64,000 nt of DNA, taken from assembly GCA_963795085.1 (NCBI GenBank), contig CAWCFX010000006.1, positions 64,001 to 128,000 on the forward strand, given 5' to 3'. Position numbers and translations under genes: made by a program. Under the pieces are notes generated by a model that saw only the letters and a list, made by a program, of their open reading frames with translations, made no database searches and was not told the DNA's origin. This document shows positions 28,483 through 40,484 of this stretch, piece by piece (the stretch's first letter is position 1; the number at the start of each line of letters is the position of its first letter). The stretch comes from an uncultured Gemmatimonadales bacterium. Lineage in GTDB: Bacteria; Gemmatimonadota; Gemmatimonadetes; Gemmatimonadales; GWC2-71-9.

Positions 28483-28866
28483 TTACCGGCTGCGCGGGAT
28501 CGGCTGGCCCGACTTGACCGCGATCCGCTCCACCGTGCCGCCGCTGTCCTTCCGCCGGCGGATGCGGGTGGGCTGGCCGCTCTTGGGATCGATCAGCATC
28601 GCCTTGGAGTGGTGAATCGGTGCCGCGAACTCGATGATGCCGCCCTCCACGCCCTGGGCCGCCCGGCGGTGCCGCTTCACGATGTTGATGCCTTCCACCG
28701 TGATCCGGCCGGTCTTGGGATGCACCTGCAGCACCTTCCCCTGCCTGCCCTTGTCGTCGCCCGACATCACCTGGACGGTGTCGCCCTTGGTAATCCGGAT
28801 CCGGTGGCGGACCACCGGCTCGGTATGCCGGCGGCGGCGGGCCTTCTTGTACACGAGCGGTTTCAT
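28483..28866 (-). CDS. rplX: 50S ribosomal protein L24
   Basis: KOW motif KGDTVQVMSGDDKG, VEGIN. Confidence 0.96.
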   Translation of the reverse strand: MKPLVYKKARRRRHTEPVVRHRIRITKGDTVQVMSGDDKGRQGKVLQVHPKTGRITVEGINIVKRHRRAAQGVEGGIIEFAAPIHHSKAMLIDPKSGQPTRIRRRKDSGGTVERIAVKSGQPIPRSR

Positions 28867-28867
28867 G

Positions 28868-29236
28868 CTACAACACCTCCGGCGCCAGCGAGACGATCTT
28901 CATGTATTTCTTCTCCCGCAACTCCCGCGCAACGGGGCCGAAAATACGGGTCGCCCGGGGCTCGCCCTTGTCGTCGATCAGCACGGCGGCGTTCTCGTCG
29001 AACCGGATATAGGACCCGTCCTTGCGGCGGGTCTCCTTCGCGGTCCGCACGATCACCGCCTTGGCCACGTCGCCCTTCTTCACCTGGCCCGTCGGAATGG
29101 CGTCCTTGATGGCGACCACGACCCGGTCGCCCACCCCGGCGTAGCGCCGCTTGGAACCGCCCAGGACCCGGATGATCAGGGCCCGGCGGGCGCCGCTATT
29201 GTCGGCAATCTTGACGATCGTCTCTTGCTGAATCAT
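28868..29236 (-). CDS. rplN: 50S ribosomal protein L14
   Basis: [23 protein letters not shown]. Confidence 0.98.
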   Translation of the reverse strand: MIQQETIVKIADNSGARRALIIRVLGGSKRRYAGVGDRVVVAIKDAIPTGQVKKGDVAKAVIVRTAKETRRKDGSYIRFDENAAVLIDDKGEPRATRIFGPVARELREKKYMKIVSLAPEVL

Positions 29237-29258
29237 AAAATCTCTCGTCTCTCTGTGA

Positions 29259-29322
29259 GCCTCACCCCTGACCCCTCACCACTCTGCACCCCTGCCGTCT
29301 GCCCTCCCCGGGAGGAGGGGGT
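29259..29322. repeat. Degenerate REP-like element (CCTCACCCC...CCCTCC..GGAGGGG)
   Basis: Similar to 38233-38285; just after rpsQ stop. Confidence 0.55.
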
Positions 29323-29326
29323 ACGG

Positions 29327-29605
29327 CTACTTGGCACGCTCCACGACTTCCGTGACCCGCCACCGCACCGTCTTGGCGAGCGGCCGCGTTTCCATGATCC
29401 GCACCGTGTCCCCGGTCTTTGCCTCGTGCTCGTTCCGGGCTTTCACCCGCGACGACCGGTTGACCTGCTTGCCATACACCGGGTGGGCGAAGCGCCGGGT
29501 CAGCTCGACCGTGACCGTCTTCGTCATCTTGTCGCTCACGACAATCCCGGTCCGGACCTTCCGCCGGGTGCGTGCCTGGGTTTCCGTCACTGTCTCGTCA
29601 GCCAT
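29327..29605 (-). CDS. rpsQ: 30S ribosomal protein S17
   Basis: [21 protein letters not shown]. Confidence 0.96.
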   Translation of the reverse strand: MADETVTETQARTRRKVRTGIVVSDKMTKTVTVELTRRFAHPVYGKQVNRSSRVKARNEHEAKTGDTVRIMETRPLAKTVRWRVTEVVERAK

Positions 29606-29631
29606 GGTTCATTCCCTTGGTTGTCTGGCGG

Positions 29632-29829
29632 CTAGGCTTTCGCCGTGGCGCGCTCCCGCTGAATCGTCTGGATCCGGGCCAGGTCCTTGCGGATGTCCCG
29701 GAACCGCATCGGGTTTTCGATGGACTCCGTCGCCGACCGGAAGCGGAGCCGGAACCGCTCTTCCTTGAGCTCGGCCACCTTGGCGTCGAGGTCGTCCGCC
29801 GACAGGTCTCGCAAGTCTTCGATCTTCAT
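29632..29829 (-). CDS. rpmC: 50S ribosomal protein L29
   Basis: F.LRF, RKDLARI; position. Confidence 0.95.
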   Translation of the reverse strand: MKIEDLRDLSADDLDAKVAELKEERFRLRFRSATESIENPMRFRDIRKDLARIQTIQRERATAKA

Positions 29830-29830
29830 G

Positions 29831-30244
<414 letters not shown>

Positions 30245-30247
30245 GCC

Positions 30248-30907
30248 TCAGGCTCCCGTGCTATAGGTACGGCCGGACAGGTCCTCGACGATCTCGCCCT
30301 TGAAGATCCAGACCTTGATCCCGATCGTGCCGTACGTGGTCATGGCCGTGGACGTCGCGTAGTCGATGTCGGCCCGCAGCGTGTGCAGCGGGACCCGGCC
30401 CTCGTGATATCCCTCGGTCCGCGCGATCTCGGCGCCGCCCAGCCGCCCCGCGGTCCGCACCTTGATGCCCTGGGCGCCCATCCGCATGGCGCTCTGGACC
30501 GCCCGCTTCATGGCCCGGCGGAACGAAATCCGCTGCTGGATCTGGTGGCCGATGTTGTCGGCGACCAGCTGGGCCGACAGCTCCGGCCGCTTGATCTCCT
30601 CGACGTTGACCGCCGATTCCTTCCCGGTCAGCTGGGCCAGCTCGTCGCGCAGCTTGTCCACCTCGGCGCCCCGCTTGCCGATGACCACACCGGGACGCCC
30701 GGTGTGAATCGTCACCGTCACCTTGCCGGGCCGCCGGTCGATGTGCACCTCGGCGATCGCCGCGTGCCCCAGCCGCGCCTTCAGGTACTTCCGGATCAGC
30801 TCGTCTTCCTTGAGCAGCGCCGGCATCTCCTTGGTGGCGAACCAGCGCGACTTCCACTGCTTGACGATGCCCAGCCGGAATCCGACCGGATGTGTCTTCT
30901 GGCCCAT
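30248..30907 (-). CDS. rpsC: 30S ribosomal protein S3
   Basis: [28 protein letters not shown]. Confidence 0.98.
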   Translation of the reverse strand: MGQKTHPVGFRLGIVKQWKSRWFATKEMPALLKEDELIRKYLKARLGHAAIAEVHIDRRPGKVTVTIHTGRPGVVIGKRGAEVDKLRDELAQLTGKESAVNVEEIKRPELSAQLVADNIGHQIQQRISFRRAMKRAVQSAMRMGAQGIKVRTAGRLGGAEIARTEGYHEGRVPLHTLRADIDYATSTAMTTYGTIGIKVWIFKGEIVEDLSGRTYSTGA

Positions 30908-31263
30908 TACTCGGTCTCCCTCGCCTCGACCATGATTTCCACGTGGCTCGTGCGCTTCCGGATCGGCGTCGCCCGCCCCTGGGCGGCCGCCGTGAACCGC
31001 TTGAGCGGCTGTCCCATGTTCACGATCGCCTTCTTGACGTAGAGCTGGTCCACGTCAAAGCTCTCGTTGGCCTGCATGGCCTTCTGCTCGGCGTTGGCCA
31101 CCGCGGAGCGCAGCGTCTTGGCAATCTGCTTCGCCGCCAGCTTCTTGTTGTACTTGAGGATGGCGTAGGCCTCGTTCACATCCTTGCCGCGGATGAGGTC
31201 GATGACCAGCCGCATCTTCCGGGGCGACTGGCGCACCAGCCGCTGAATAGCTCTGGCTTCCAT
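30907..31263 (-). CDS. rplV: 50S ribosomal protein L22
   Basis: [20 protein letters not shown]. Confidence 0.97.
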   Translation of the reverse strand: MEARAIQRLVRQSPRKMRLVIDLIRGKDVNEAYAILKYNKKLAAKQIAKTLRSAVANAEQKAMQANESFDVDQLYVKKAIVNMGQPLKRFTAAAQGRATPIRKRTSHVEIMVEARETE

Positions 31264-31265
31264 GG

Positions 31266-31556
31266 TTATTCCGGCTTCGCTTTCTTGTCCGCCACCAGCT
31301 TGCCGCTGTGGCCGCGGAACAGGCGGGTCGGCGCGAACTCGCCCAGCTTGTGGCCGACCATGTTCTCCGTCACGTACACCGGCACGAACTTGTTGCCGTT
31401 GTGCACCGCGAACGTGTGGCCCACGAACTCGGGAAGAATGGTGCTCGCCCGGCTCCAGGTCTTCACCACCTTCTTGTCGTTCTTGCTGTTCAGGACCTGC
31501 ACCTTAAAGAGCAGTGCCTCCTGGACGAACGGGCCCTTTTTCACACTGCGCGACAT
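31266..31556 (-). CDS. rpsS: 30S ribosomal protein S19
   Basis: [18 protein letters not shown]. Confidence 0.98.
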   Translation of the reverse strand: MSRSVKKGPFVQEALLFKVQVLNSKNDKKVVKTWSRASTILPEFVGHTFAVHNGNKFVPVYVTENMVGHKLGEFAPTRLFRGHSGKLVADKKAKPE

Positions 31557-31575
31557 AGCAATCCCCGGTAAACGC

Positions 31576-31619
31576 CAATTCCCTCAATTCCTCAATTCCC
31601 TCAATTCCCTCAATTCCCT
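31576..31619. repeat. Nonamer tandem repeat (CAATTCCCT)x5, one unit 8 nt
   Basis: Read directly; overlaps rplB stop. Confidence 0.93.
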
Positions 31620-32457
31620 ACGTCGTCGCCTTGCCCCGCTTGCGGCCCCGGACGATGAGCCGGTTCGACTTCTTCTTCGGACGCCGGGTCTTGACCCCCT
31701 CCGGCTTGCCCCACGGCGACACCGGCGGCCGGCCGCCCGAGCTCTTGCCCTCGCCGCCGCCCAGCGGGTGGTCCACCGGGTTCTTGGCGACGCCGCGGAC
31801 CGCGCTCCGCCGGCCCTTCCAGCGGTTGACGCCGGCCTTGCCGATCTTGATCAGCTCGTGCTCCGCGTTCCCCACCTCGCCGATCGTCGCCAGGCAGCGG
31901 CCGTGAATCCGCCGCATCTCGGTGCTCCGGAGCCGGACCGTGACGTAGTCGCCTTCCTTCGCCATCACCTGGACCGCCGCGCCGGCGCTCCGGGCGATCT
32001 GGCCACCCTTGCCGATCTTGAGCTCGACGTTGTGCACCGTGGTGCCCAGCGGGACCTCGTGGAGCGGCACCGCGTTGCCGGTCCGGATGTCCGATCCCGG
32101 CCCCGCCACCACCGTGTCGCCCTGGGACAAACCCTTGGGGTGAAGGATGTAGCGCTTCTCGCCGTCGGCGTACACGATCAGGGCGATCCGGGCCGACCGG
32201 TTGGGATCGTACTCGATCTCCGCCACCCGGCCGGGGATGCCGAACTTGTTCCGCTTGAAGTCGATCTTCCGGTACATCCGCTTGTGGCCGCCGCCCCGGT
32301 ACCGCATGGTGACGTGGCCCTGGTTATTGCGGCCGCCCTGGCTCTTGATCGGCTCCAGCAGCGACTTCTCCGGGGTGTCCCGGGTGATCTCGTCGAACCC
32401 GGAGACCATGCGGAACCGGGTGCCCGGCGTGATCGGACGGAATTGCTTGATGCTCAT
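31618..32457 (-). CDS. rplB: 50S ribosomal protein L2
   Basis: [20 protein letters not shown]. Confidence 0.98.
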   Translation of the reverse strand: MSIKQFRPITPGTRFRMVSGFDEITRDTPEKSLLEPIKSQGGRNNQGHVTMRYRGGGHKRMYRKIDFKRNKFGIPGRVAEIEYDPNRSARIALIVYADGEKRYILHPKGLSQGDTVVAGPGSDIRTGNAVPLHEVPLGTTVHNVELKIGKGGQIARSAGAAVQVMAKEGDYVTVRLRSTEMRRIHGRCLATIGEVGNAEHELIKIGKAGVNRWKGRRSAVRGVAKNPVDHPLGGGEGKSSGGRPPVSPWGKPEGVKTRRPKKKSNRLIVRGRKRGKATT

Positions 32458-32460
32458 GGT

Positions 32461-32748
32461 TTAGCCCTCGAACACGGCGATCGAATCGCCTTCCTTGAGG
32501 GTGACGATGGCCTTCTTCCACCGCGGGGTGGTGCCCCGGGTGCGGCCGCGGGTCACCTCGTGGCGCCGCATCTGCATGGTGCGCACCTTGATCACGGTCA
32601 CGTCGAACAGCTTCTGGAGCGCGTCCCGGATCTGGTACTTGTTCGCCTCGGGGTGCACCTCGAAGGCATACTCTTTCCGGGTCTGGTAGGCCGCCGAACT
32701 CTTCTCGGTGACCACCGGCCGGACGACCACTTCGTGCAGTGTGGGCAT
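32461..32748 (-). CDS. rplW: 50S ribosomal protein L23
   Basis: PVVTEKS, WKKAIVTL. Confidence 0.97.
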   Translation of the reverse strand: MPTLHEVVVRPVVTEKSSAAYQTRKEYAFEVHPEANKYQIRDALQKLFDVTVIKVRTMQMRRHEVTRGRTRGTTPRWKKAIVTLKEGDSIAVFEG

Positions 32749-33621
32749 TTACTTGCTCCCCTTCTTCTTCGGCGCCTTCTTGGCGGCCGGCTTCTTCGCC
32801 GCCGACTTGGCACTCTTCTTGGCGGCCTTCTTTTTCGGGGCCGCGGCCCTGGCCGGCTTCTTCTTCTTCTTCGGCTTCTCGCTGGCTTCCGCCGCCGCCT
32901 TCGCCGCCCGGGCCGCCTTCTTCTTCGGCTTGGCCGCTGCCGGCGCCTCCCGCCTGGCGCGCGGCTGCCGCGCGTCCAGCGAGCTGGCATCGCCGGCACC
33001 GTCCGGCGCCTGGCCGGTGATGGCGCCCTGCTCCACGACCACGACATCGGACCAAAGCACGTTATACGCCGAGACCTCGGCGTAGCTCATGACTTCGACC
33101 GTCGGCAGGTTGCGGCCGCTCAGGAAAACGTTGCTGTTGTGGCCGTGGGTCAATACCAGCACCTTGCGGCCGGCCACGTCCAGCCGGGTCAGCAGCTCCA
33201 GCAGCCGCGAGGTCTTGGGCGCGTCGAACACCAGCTTTTCGACCACCAGGACCGATCCCTCAGCGGCGCGGGCATTGAGCGCCGAGCGGCGGGCCAGCTG
33301 GCGCACCTTCTTGGGGATGTCGGACCGGTAATCCCTCGGGTGCGGCCCAAACACGACGCCGCCGCCCCGCCAGTGGGGCGCCCGGATGGACCCCTGCCGC
33401 GCGCGGCCGGTCCCTTTCTGTTTCCAGGGCTTCTGGTTGCCGCCGGACACGAAGCTCCGGGTCTTGGTGCTGGCGGTACCCTGGCGCTGGTTGTTCAGGT
33501 ACGTCTTTACCGCCTGGTGCAGCACCGGCTCGTTGACATCGCCATCGAAATAGTCGCCGGGCAGCGCGAACGCCGTGTCCCGCTTCGCCCCGCCGGGTGA
33601 GTAGTGAGCAGCTTCAAGCAT
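32749..33621 (-). CDS. rplD: 50S ribosomal protein L4 with Lys/Ala-rich C-terminal tail
   Basis: [23 protein letters not shown]. Confidence 0.97.
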   Translation of the reverse strand: MLEAAHYSPGGAKRDTAFALPGDYFDGDVNEPVLHQAVKTYLNNQRQGTASTKTRSFVSGGNQKPWKQKGTGRARQGSIRAPHWRGGGVVFGPHPRDYRSDIPKKVRQLARRSALNARAAEGSVLVVEKLVFDAPKTSRLLELLTRLDVAGRKVLVLTHGHNSNVFLSGRNLPTVEVMSYAEVSAYNVLWSDVVVVEQGAITGQAPDGAGDASSLDARQPRARREAPAAAKPKKKAARAAKAAAEASEKPKKKKKPARAAAPKKKAAKKSAKSAAKKPAAKKAPKKKGSK

Positions 33622-34243
33622 ACCGGCCCTTCCCTCCCTGTTTGGCGACGGTCACGATCCCATTCTTGGACCCGGGCACCGCGCCCCGCACGAACAGCAG
33701 GTTCCGGTCGGTGTCGATTTTCACGACCGTCAGGCCCAGTTCGGTATGGCGCCGGTCGCCCTGGTGGCCGGGCATCTTCTTGCCCTTGATCACCCGGGAC
33801 GGGTCGGTGCCCGGGCTGATGGAACCCGGCTTCCGGTGCCGGGTGTTGCCGTGGCTGGCCGGGCCGCCGCCGAAGCCGTACCGGTGCACCACGCCCTGGA
33901 ACCCGCGGCCCTTGCTGCGGCCGGTCACCTTGACGATCTCGCCGGGGGCGAAGATCTGCACGGTGACTTCATCGCCGGCCTTGGGGGCGTCATCGCCCGC
34001 CACCGGGAACTCCCGCACGATCCGGGGCAGCGTGTCGATGCCCGCCGCCTTGGCGTGGCCCGCTTCCGCGCGGTTGACCAGCTTGGGGCGCCGGTTGCCG
34101 AAGCCCAGCTGCACCGCGCTGTCCCGGACCCGGGTGACCCGGCAGGGCCCGGCCTCGATAATGGTCACCGGGACGGAGGACCCGTCCTCGATGAACACCC
34201 GCGTCATGCCGAGCTTGCGCCCGATCAGTCCTGTCGTCGCCAT
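33614..34243 (-). CDS. rplC: 50S ribosomal protein L3
   Basis: [24 protein letters not shown] 34243. Confidence 0.97.
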   Translation of the reverse strand: MATTGLIGRKLGMTRVFIEDGSSVPVTIIEAGPCRVTRVRDSAVQLGFGNRRPKLVNRAEAGHAKAAGIDTLPRIVREFPVAGDDAPKAGDEVTVQIFAPGEIVKVTGRSKGRGFQGVVHRYGFGGGPASHGNTRHRKPGSISPGTDPSRVIKGKKMPGHQGDRRHTELGLTVVKIDTDRNLLFVRGAVPGSKNGIVTVAKQGGKGRYA

Positions 34244-34245
34244 GG

Positions 34246-34554
34246 CTATTCGACCTTGATCTCGACGTCCACCCCGGCCGGCAGGTCGAGCTTGGTCAGC
34301 GCGTCCACCGTCTGGGGGCGGGAGTCGTTGATATCGAGCAGGCGCTTGTGGGTCCGCAGCTCGAACTGTTCCCGGCTCTTCTTGTCGATGTGCGGGCTCC
34401 GGAGCACCGTCCACCGTTCGATCTTCACCGGGAGCGGGATCGGACCCGACACCTGGGCGCCGGTCTTCTCCGCTGTACGCACGATGTCCGCCGCCGCCTG
34501 GTCCAGCACGACGTGATCGAAAGCCTTCAACCGGATTCGGATTCTGCCTGCCAT
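34246..34554 (-). CDS. rpsJ: 30S ribosomal protein S10
   Basis: [23 protein letters not shown]. Confidence 0.98.
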   Translation of the reverse strand: MAGRIRIRLKAFDHVVLDQAAADIVRTAEKTGAQVSGPIPLPVKIERWTVLRSPHIDKKSREQFELRTHKRLLDINDSRPQTVDALTKLDLPAGVDVEIKVE

Positions 34555-34573
34555 AAAACCTCACAGTGCGAAA

Positions 34574-34655
34574 ACTGAGTACTGGGTACTGGGTACTGGG
34601 TACTGAGTGCTGAGTGCTGAGGGGTTCCTCAGTCCTCCGTACTCTTCGCTCAGTA
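34574..34655. repeat. Inverted heptamer arrays ([A/G]CTG[A/G]GT)x7 / (NCTCAGT-like)x4
   Basis: Read directly in tuf-rpsJ spacer. Confidence 0.9.
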
Positions 34656-35858
<1,203 letters not shown>

Positions 35859-35877
35859 AAGTCCGACTCCGCGAGTA

Positions 35878-35964
35878 AGTACTGAGTGCTGAGTGCTGAG
35901 TGCTGAGTGAACGGCCCTGATTCGAGTATCGCTACTCAGTCCTCAGTCCTTTCGACTCAGTACT
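35878..35964. repeat. Inverted heptamer arrays ([A/G]CTGAGT)x4 / (NCTCAGT-like)x4
   Basis: Read directly in fusA-tuf spacer. Confidence 0.9.
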
Positions 35965-35967
35965 GGT

Positions 35968-38067
35968 TTATTTGCCCTGATTCTTCGTGATAATCTGTTC
36001 CGCGATGCTCTTCGGAACTTCTTCATAATGATCGAACTCCATCGAGTAGACCGCCCGGCCCTGGCTCATCGAGCGGAGCACTGTGGAGTATCCGAACATC
36101 TCGGCCAGCGGCACCGTGGCCGCCACCACCTGCGCATCGCCCCGCTGGGTCATGCCGCCGATCTTGCCGCGGCGGCCCGACAGGTCGCCGATGACGTCGC
36201 CCAGGAAGTCGCTGGGTGCGACCACCTCGACCTCCATGACCGGCTCCAGCAGGATGGCGTGGGCCTTCCGGGCCGCTTCCTTGACCGCCATGGAGCCGGC
36301 GATCTTGAAAGCCATTTCCGAGCTGTCCACGTCATGGTAACTGCCGTCCACCAGTTCGACCTTGACGTCCACCATGGGATAGCCGGCCAGCACCCCGCCC
36401 TCGAGCGCTTCCTTGATCCCGGCTTCCACCGGCTTGATGAACTCGCGGGGGATGCTGCCGCCCACGATCTTGTCCTCGAAGATGAACCCCTGCCCGGCCT
36501 CGGACGGCTCCACGTGGATCACCACGTGGCCGAACTGGCCCTTGCCGCCGGACTGGCGGACAAACTTGCCCTCGACATACTCCACCCGGCGGGTGATGGT
36601 CTCCCGGAAGGCGACCTGGGGCCGGCCCACGTTGGCCTCGACCCTGAACTCGCGCTTCATCCGGTCCACGATGATCTCGAGATGCAGCTCGCCCATGCCG
36701 GCGATGATGGTCTGCCCGGTCTCGACGTCGGTGCGCACCCGGAAGGTGGGATCCTCTTCGGCCAGCTTCTGGAGCGCGATGGCCAGCTTGTCCTGGTCGG
36801 CCTTGGTCTTGGGCTCCACGGCCACGTCGATGACGGGGTTGGGGAACTTCATCGCTTCGAGGATGACCGGCTTGTCGTCGTCGCAGAGCGTATCGCCGGT
36901 GCGGGTGTCCTTGAGGCCGATGGCGGCGGCGATGTCGCCGGCCAGCACCTCGTCGATCTCCTCCCGCTTGTTGGCGTGCATCTGGAGCAGCCGGGCCACC
37001 CGCTCCCGCTTGTCCTTGGTGCTGTTGTACACGTAGCTGCCGCTCTTCAGCACCCCGGAATAGACCCGGAAGAAGGTCAGCCGCCCCACGAAGGGGTCGG
37101 TGGCGATCTTGAAGGCCAGGGCCGCGAAGGGCTCGTCATCGGAGGCGCAGCGCTCGACGTGGGTGTCGTCATGGAGCGGCAGATGCCCCTTGATGGCCGG
37201 GACGTCGGTCGGACTGGGGAGGTAGTCGATCACCGCATCCAGCAGCGCCTGGACACCCTTGTTCTTGAAGCTGGCCCCGCAGAGCACCGGGACGATGTGG
37301 CCGCCGGTGGTCGCCTTGCGGATGGCCCGCTGGATCTCCTCCAGGCTCAGCTCGGCGCCGCCCAGGTACTTCTCCATCAGTTCGTCGTCATGCTCGACCG
37401 CCGCTTCGATGACTTCGTGGCGGTACAACTCGACCTTCTCCTTGTAGACGTCGGGCACCGGCATCTCGGTGAACGTCTTGCCCATGGTGGAGTCGTCGAA
37501 GACGATCTCGACCCGGCGCAGCACGTCGATGTGCCCGGTGAACAGCTCCCCCGAGCCGACCGGAAGCTGGATTGGAAAGGCCCGCTTGGTCAGCCGGTCC
37601 CGGATCATGAACAGGCACTTGTCGAAGTCGGCCCCGATCCGGTCCATCTTGTTGGCAAAAATCAGCCGGGGCACGTTGTACCGGTCGGCCTGGCGCCAGA
37701 CGGTCTCGGTCTGCGGCTCCACGCCGGCCACCGAGTCGAGCAGCGTCACCGCGCCGTCGAGCACCCGGAGCGAGCGCTCCACCTCGACGGTGAAGTCCAC
37801 GTGGCCAGGCGTATCGATGATGTTGATGCGATAAAGGATGTCGTTCCGCTTCCAGAAACAGGTCGTGGCGGCGGAGGTAATGGTGATGCCCCGCTCCTGC
37901 TCCTGCTCCATCCAGTCCATGGTGGCCGCGCCCTCGTGGACCTCACCGATCTTGTAGTTCTTGCCGGTGTAGTAGAGGATGCGCTCGGTCGTAGTCGTCT
38001 TCCCGGCATCGATGTGGGCCATGATGCCGATATTGCGATACTTGTCGAGCGTCGTTTCACGAGCCAT
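35968..38067 (-). CDS. fusA: Elongation factor G
   Basis: [37 protein letters not shown]; alternative start 38073. Confidence 0.99.
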   Translation of the reverse strand: MARETTLDKYRNIGIMAHIDAGKTTTTERILYYTGKNYKIGEVHEGAATMDWMEQEQERGITITSAATTCFWKRNDILYRINIIDTPGHVDFTVEVERSLRVLDGAVTLLDSVAGVEPQTETVWRQADRYNVPRLIFANKMDRIGADFDKCLFMIRDRLTKRAFPIQLPVGSGELFTGHIDVLRRVEIVFDDSTMGKTFTEMPVPDVYKEKVELYRHEVIEAAVEHDDELMEKYLGGAELSLEEIQRAIRKATTGGHIVPVLCGASFKNKGVQALLDAVIDYLPSPTDVPAIKGHLPLHDDTHVERCASDDEPFAALAFKIATDPFVGRLTFFRVYSGVLKSGSYVYNSTKDKRERVARLLQMHANKREEIDEVLAGDIAAAIGLKDTRTGDTLCDDDKPVILEAMKFPNPVIDVAVEPKTKADQDKLAIALQKLAEEDPTFRVRTDVETGQTIIAGMGELHLEIIVDRMKREFRVEANVGRPQVAFRETITRRVEYVEGKFVRQSGGKGQFGHVVIHVEPSEAGQGFIFEDKIVGGSIPREFIKPVEAGIKEALEGGVLAGYPMVDVKVELVDGSYHDVDSSEMAFKIAGSMAVKEAARKAHAILLEPVMEVEVVAPSDFLGDVIGDLSGRRGKIGGMTQRGDAQVVAATVPLAEMFGYSTVLRSMSQGRAVYSMEFDHYEEVPKSIAEQIITKNQGK

Positions 38068-38085
38068 GATCATCCCTATTCAGCG

Positions 38086-38178
38086 AAAAAGCGGGGCGAC
38101 CTTTGGGAAGCATCCCATGGTTTCGCTCCGCGCACATCCGGGCTCTCGCCCGTGATGGGGATCCCCAAAGGATCCCGT
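38086..38178 (-). ncRNA. Candidate structured cis-regulatory RNA in fusA leader
   Basis: Nested stems CCTTTGGG/CCCAAAGG, CCCAT/ATGGG and CGGGC-GAGA-GCCCG. Confidence 0.5.
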
Positions 38179-38232
38179 GCGTTGTCTTTGAAGGATGAGA
38201 GGTGGCGAATCCGTCACGTCATCCGTTGTATC

Positions 38233-38285
38233 ACCTCACACCCGTTCCCCCTCTCCATTCATGGAGAGGGGGTCAGGGGGAGAGG
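38233..38285. repeat. REP-like palindrome CCTCAC..CCCCCTCTCCAT-TC-ATGGAGAGGGGG..GAGAGG
   Basis: 12-bp perfect inverted repeat abutting rpsG stop. Confidence 0.75.
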
Positions 38286-38756
38286 TTACCAGCGGTAGTG
38301 CGCGAACGCCCGGTTGGCCTCGGCCATCCGGTGCGTGTCATCCTTCTTCTTGATGGTGTTGCCTTCGCCCTTGGACGCCAGGATCAACTCGGCGGCCAGC
38401 CGCTCCGACATGGTCTTTTCGGTCCGGGCCCGGGCGAAATCAATGATCCACCGCATCGCCAGGGTGCTCCGGCGCTCAGGCCGGACTTCCACCGGCACCT
38501 GCAGCGACGCGCCACCGACCCGGCGGCTCTTCACTTCCACCGTGGGCTTGGCGTTGTTCACGGCCTGCTTGAAGACCGCCACGCCAGGCTGGCTGGTGCG
38601 CTCTTCGATCAGGTCCATCGCGCTGTAGAAGATCCGCTCCGCGGTGCTCTTCTTGCCCTCGTTCATCAGGCTGTTGACGAACTTGGAAACCGTCTGGCTG
38701 TCGTACCGGGGATCCGGCGGGACCGGCCGCTTGACCGCACGATTACGCCGGCTCAC
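38286..38756 (-). CDS. rpsG: 30S ribosomal protein S7
   Basis: [25 protein letters not shown]. Confidence 0.98.
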   Translation of the reverse strand: MSRRNRAVKRPVPPDPRYDSQTVSKFVNSLMNEGKKSTAERIFYSAMDLIEERTSQPGVAVFKQAVNNAKPTVEVKSRRVGGASLQVPVEVRPERRSTLAMRWIIDFARARTEKTMSERLAAELILASKGEGNTIKKKDDTHRMAEANRAFAHYRW

Positions 38757-39142
38757 TTCTTCCCTCCCTGGGCCTTGGGCCGCTTGGCGCCGTACTTGGA
38801 CCGGCTCTGGCGGCGGTCGTTCACACCCGCCGCGTCCAGCGTACCGCGGACAATATGGTACCGCACCCCGGGAAGATCCTTCACCCGGCCGCCCCGAATG
38901 AGCACGATCGAGTGCTCCTGCAGGTTGTGACCTTCACCCGGGATGTACGCCGTCACTTCGAATCCGTTGGTCAGCCGGACACGCGCCACTTTCCGGAGCG
39001 CCGAGTTCGGCTTCTTGGGCGTGGTGGTGTACACGCGGGTGCAGACGCCACGCTTCTGCGGATTCATCTTGAGAGCGGGCGCCTTGTCCTTCGCGAGGAC
39101 GTCGCGGCGGCCGTTCCTGATCAACTGATTGATTGTCGGCAT
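38753..39142 (-). CDS. rpsL: 30S ribosomal protein S12
   Basis: [27 protein letters not shown]. Confidence 0.99.
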   Translation of the reverse strand: MPTINQLIRNGRRDVLAKDKAPALKMNPQKRGVCTRVYTTTPKKPNSALRKVARVRLTNGFEVTAYIPGEGHNLQEHSIVLIRGGRVKDLPGVRYHIVRGTLDAAGVNDRRQSRSKYGAKRPKAQGGKK

Positions 39143-39172
39143 GCGATCCCGAAAAACTGTCCGTAACTGGCC

Positions 39173-39221
39173 CCAAAAAATGGCAGACGCCAAACATAGA
39201 CAGGGACCGGGCTTAGGTCAA
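39173..39221 (-). promoter_or_regulatory. Sigma70-type promoter of str operon with downstream GTCTGCCATTTTT motif
   Basis: TTGACC-N17-TATGTT (39221-39193). Confidence 0.75.
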
Positions 39222-39306
39222 GTCGGTCGGCTCCTCCGCCCCCCGGCAACGGCCACAAAGACGCGAAGGCGCTCCAGAATAACGCAAGCCTCTCGGGCGA
39301 CAGGAC

Positions 39307-40401
39307 TTAGATCTCGATAACGGCCTTTATCACCTCCCGCGCCTCCACGGCGGCCAGCGCCGAGCCCGCCTCCTCCAGGCGAAACCGATTTCCCGCCAGG
39401 TCCCGCCAGGGAACCTGCTCGCCAAGCCGGGCAGCCAGCGCCACCCCCCGGTGAAAATGGGAATAATCCGATCCCCAGCAGCCCCGGATCGTGACGTGCC
39501 TCCGATTGATCTGGCGGTGGGGATTGATGGGTACATCTCCAAGGTCGGCATACTGTCCCACCACGACCACCCGGCCCCCGTCGCGCACCAGGTCCAGCGC
39601 CTGGGAGACCGCCGGGGGAGCGCCGGAGGCTTCCACGACAACGTCCGCTCCCCGGCCGCCGGTCAGCCGCCGGACCTCGCGAACCCGGTCCTCGTGGGGG
39701 ACCGCCAGGTCCAGCATGGCGCTCGCCCCCATGCGCCCGGCCATGGCCAGCCGGGCCGCCGGGGCGCCCACCACCACGACCTCGCCGGCCCCGGACAACC
39801 GGGCCAGCGCGGCCGCCGACAGGCCAACCGGCCCAGCGCCCAGCACCACCACGGATTCCCCCAGGCGCAGGGCCGCGAGGTCTGTCGCGTGGAGGGCGGT
39901 CACCAGGCCGCAGCCACCCCCGATGAAGGTCCGGGGATCGAGTTGCTCCGGAATTCGAACCATCCGCACCCCTGGCTTCATCCAGATCGCCTCGGCCCAC
40001 CCGCCGAGCAGCCCGTCGTGCGCCGAGTAGGTGATCCCGTAAACTTTTCGATGGGGGCAACGGGTGGTCTCTTTCGCGACCAGGCAGTACCAGCAGGCGT
40101 GGCAGGTTTCGTGGACGTCGAGAAAGGTGACCAGGTCGCCGGCCCGAAGCGGCATCCCTTCGATGTCGTGGACCGCGCCGTTCACCTCGGCGATCTCGCC
40201 GATCGAGACGTGGCCGGGAATGATGGGATAGGGAACCCCGGCCAGCCGCCCGTAATGAAGATGCACATCCGTACCGCAGACCTCGGAGAACCGGGTGCGC
40301 AACAGCGCCGCTCCCGGCGCCAGGGACGGCGCGGGACGGTCTTCCACCCGCAGCGGCTTCCCCGGCCCCGGCATCAGGACCGCACGATAGGTCTGGGTCA
40401 T
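39307..40401 (-). CDS. Zinc-binding alcohol dehydrogenase (MDR family)
   Basis: VCGTDVH, CHACWYC..C, GAGPVG; ATG 40401 after GGAG. Confidence 0.9.
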   Translation of the reverse strand: MTQTYRAVLMPGPGKPLRVEDRPAPSLAPGAALLRTRFSEVCGTDVHLHYGRLAGVPYPIIPGHVSIGEIAEVNGAVHDIEGMPLRAGDLVTFLDVHETCHACWYCLVAKETTRCPHRKVYGITYSAHDGLLGGWAEAIWMKPGVRMVRIPEQLDPRTFIGGGCGLVTALHATDLAALRLGESVVVLGAGPVGLSAAALARLSGAGEVVVVGAPAARLAMAGRMGASAMLDLAVPHEDRVREVRRLTGGRGADVVVEASGAPPAVSQALDLVRDGGRVVVVGQYADLGDVPINPHRQINRRHVTIRGCWGSDYSHFHRGVALAARLGEQVPWRDLAGNRFRLEEAGSALAAVEAREVIKAVIEI

Positions 40402-40484
40402 CGATTCTCCCGGTTGGGTCAGGTAATTATAGATTGCAGATGCCATCCTGATGCACGACCATTCACCTCCTCGGGGACACCGCC

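Noticed and set aside
38753..39142. Streptomycin-resistance changes in rpsL
   Set aside because: TPKKPNSA and RVKDLPG are wild type.
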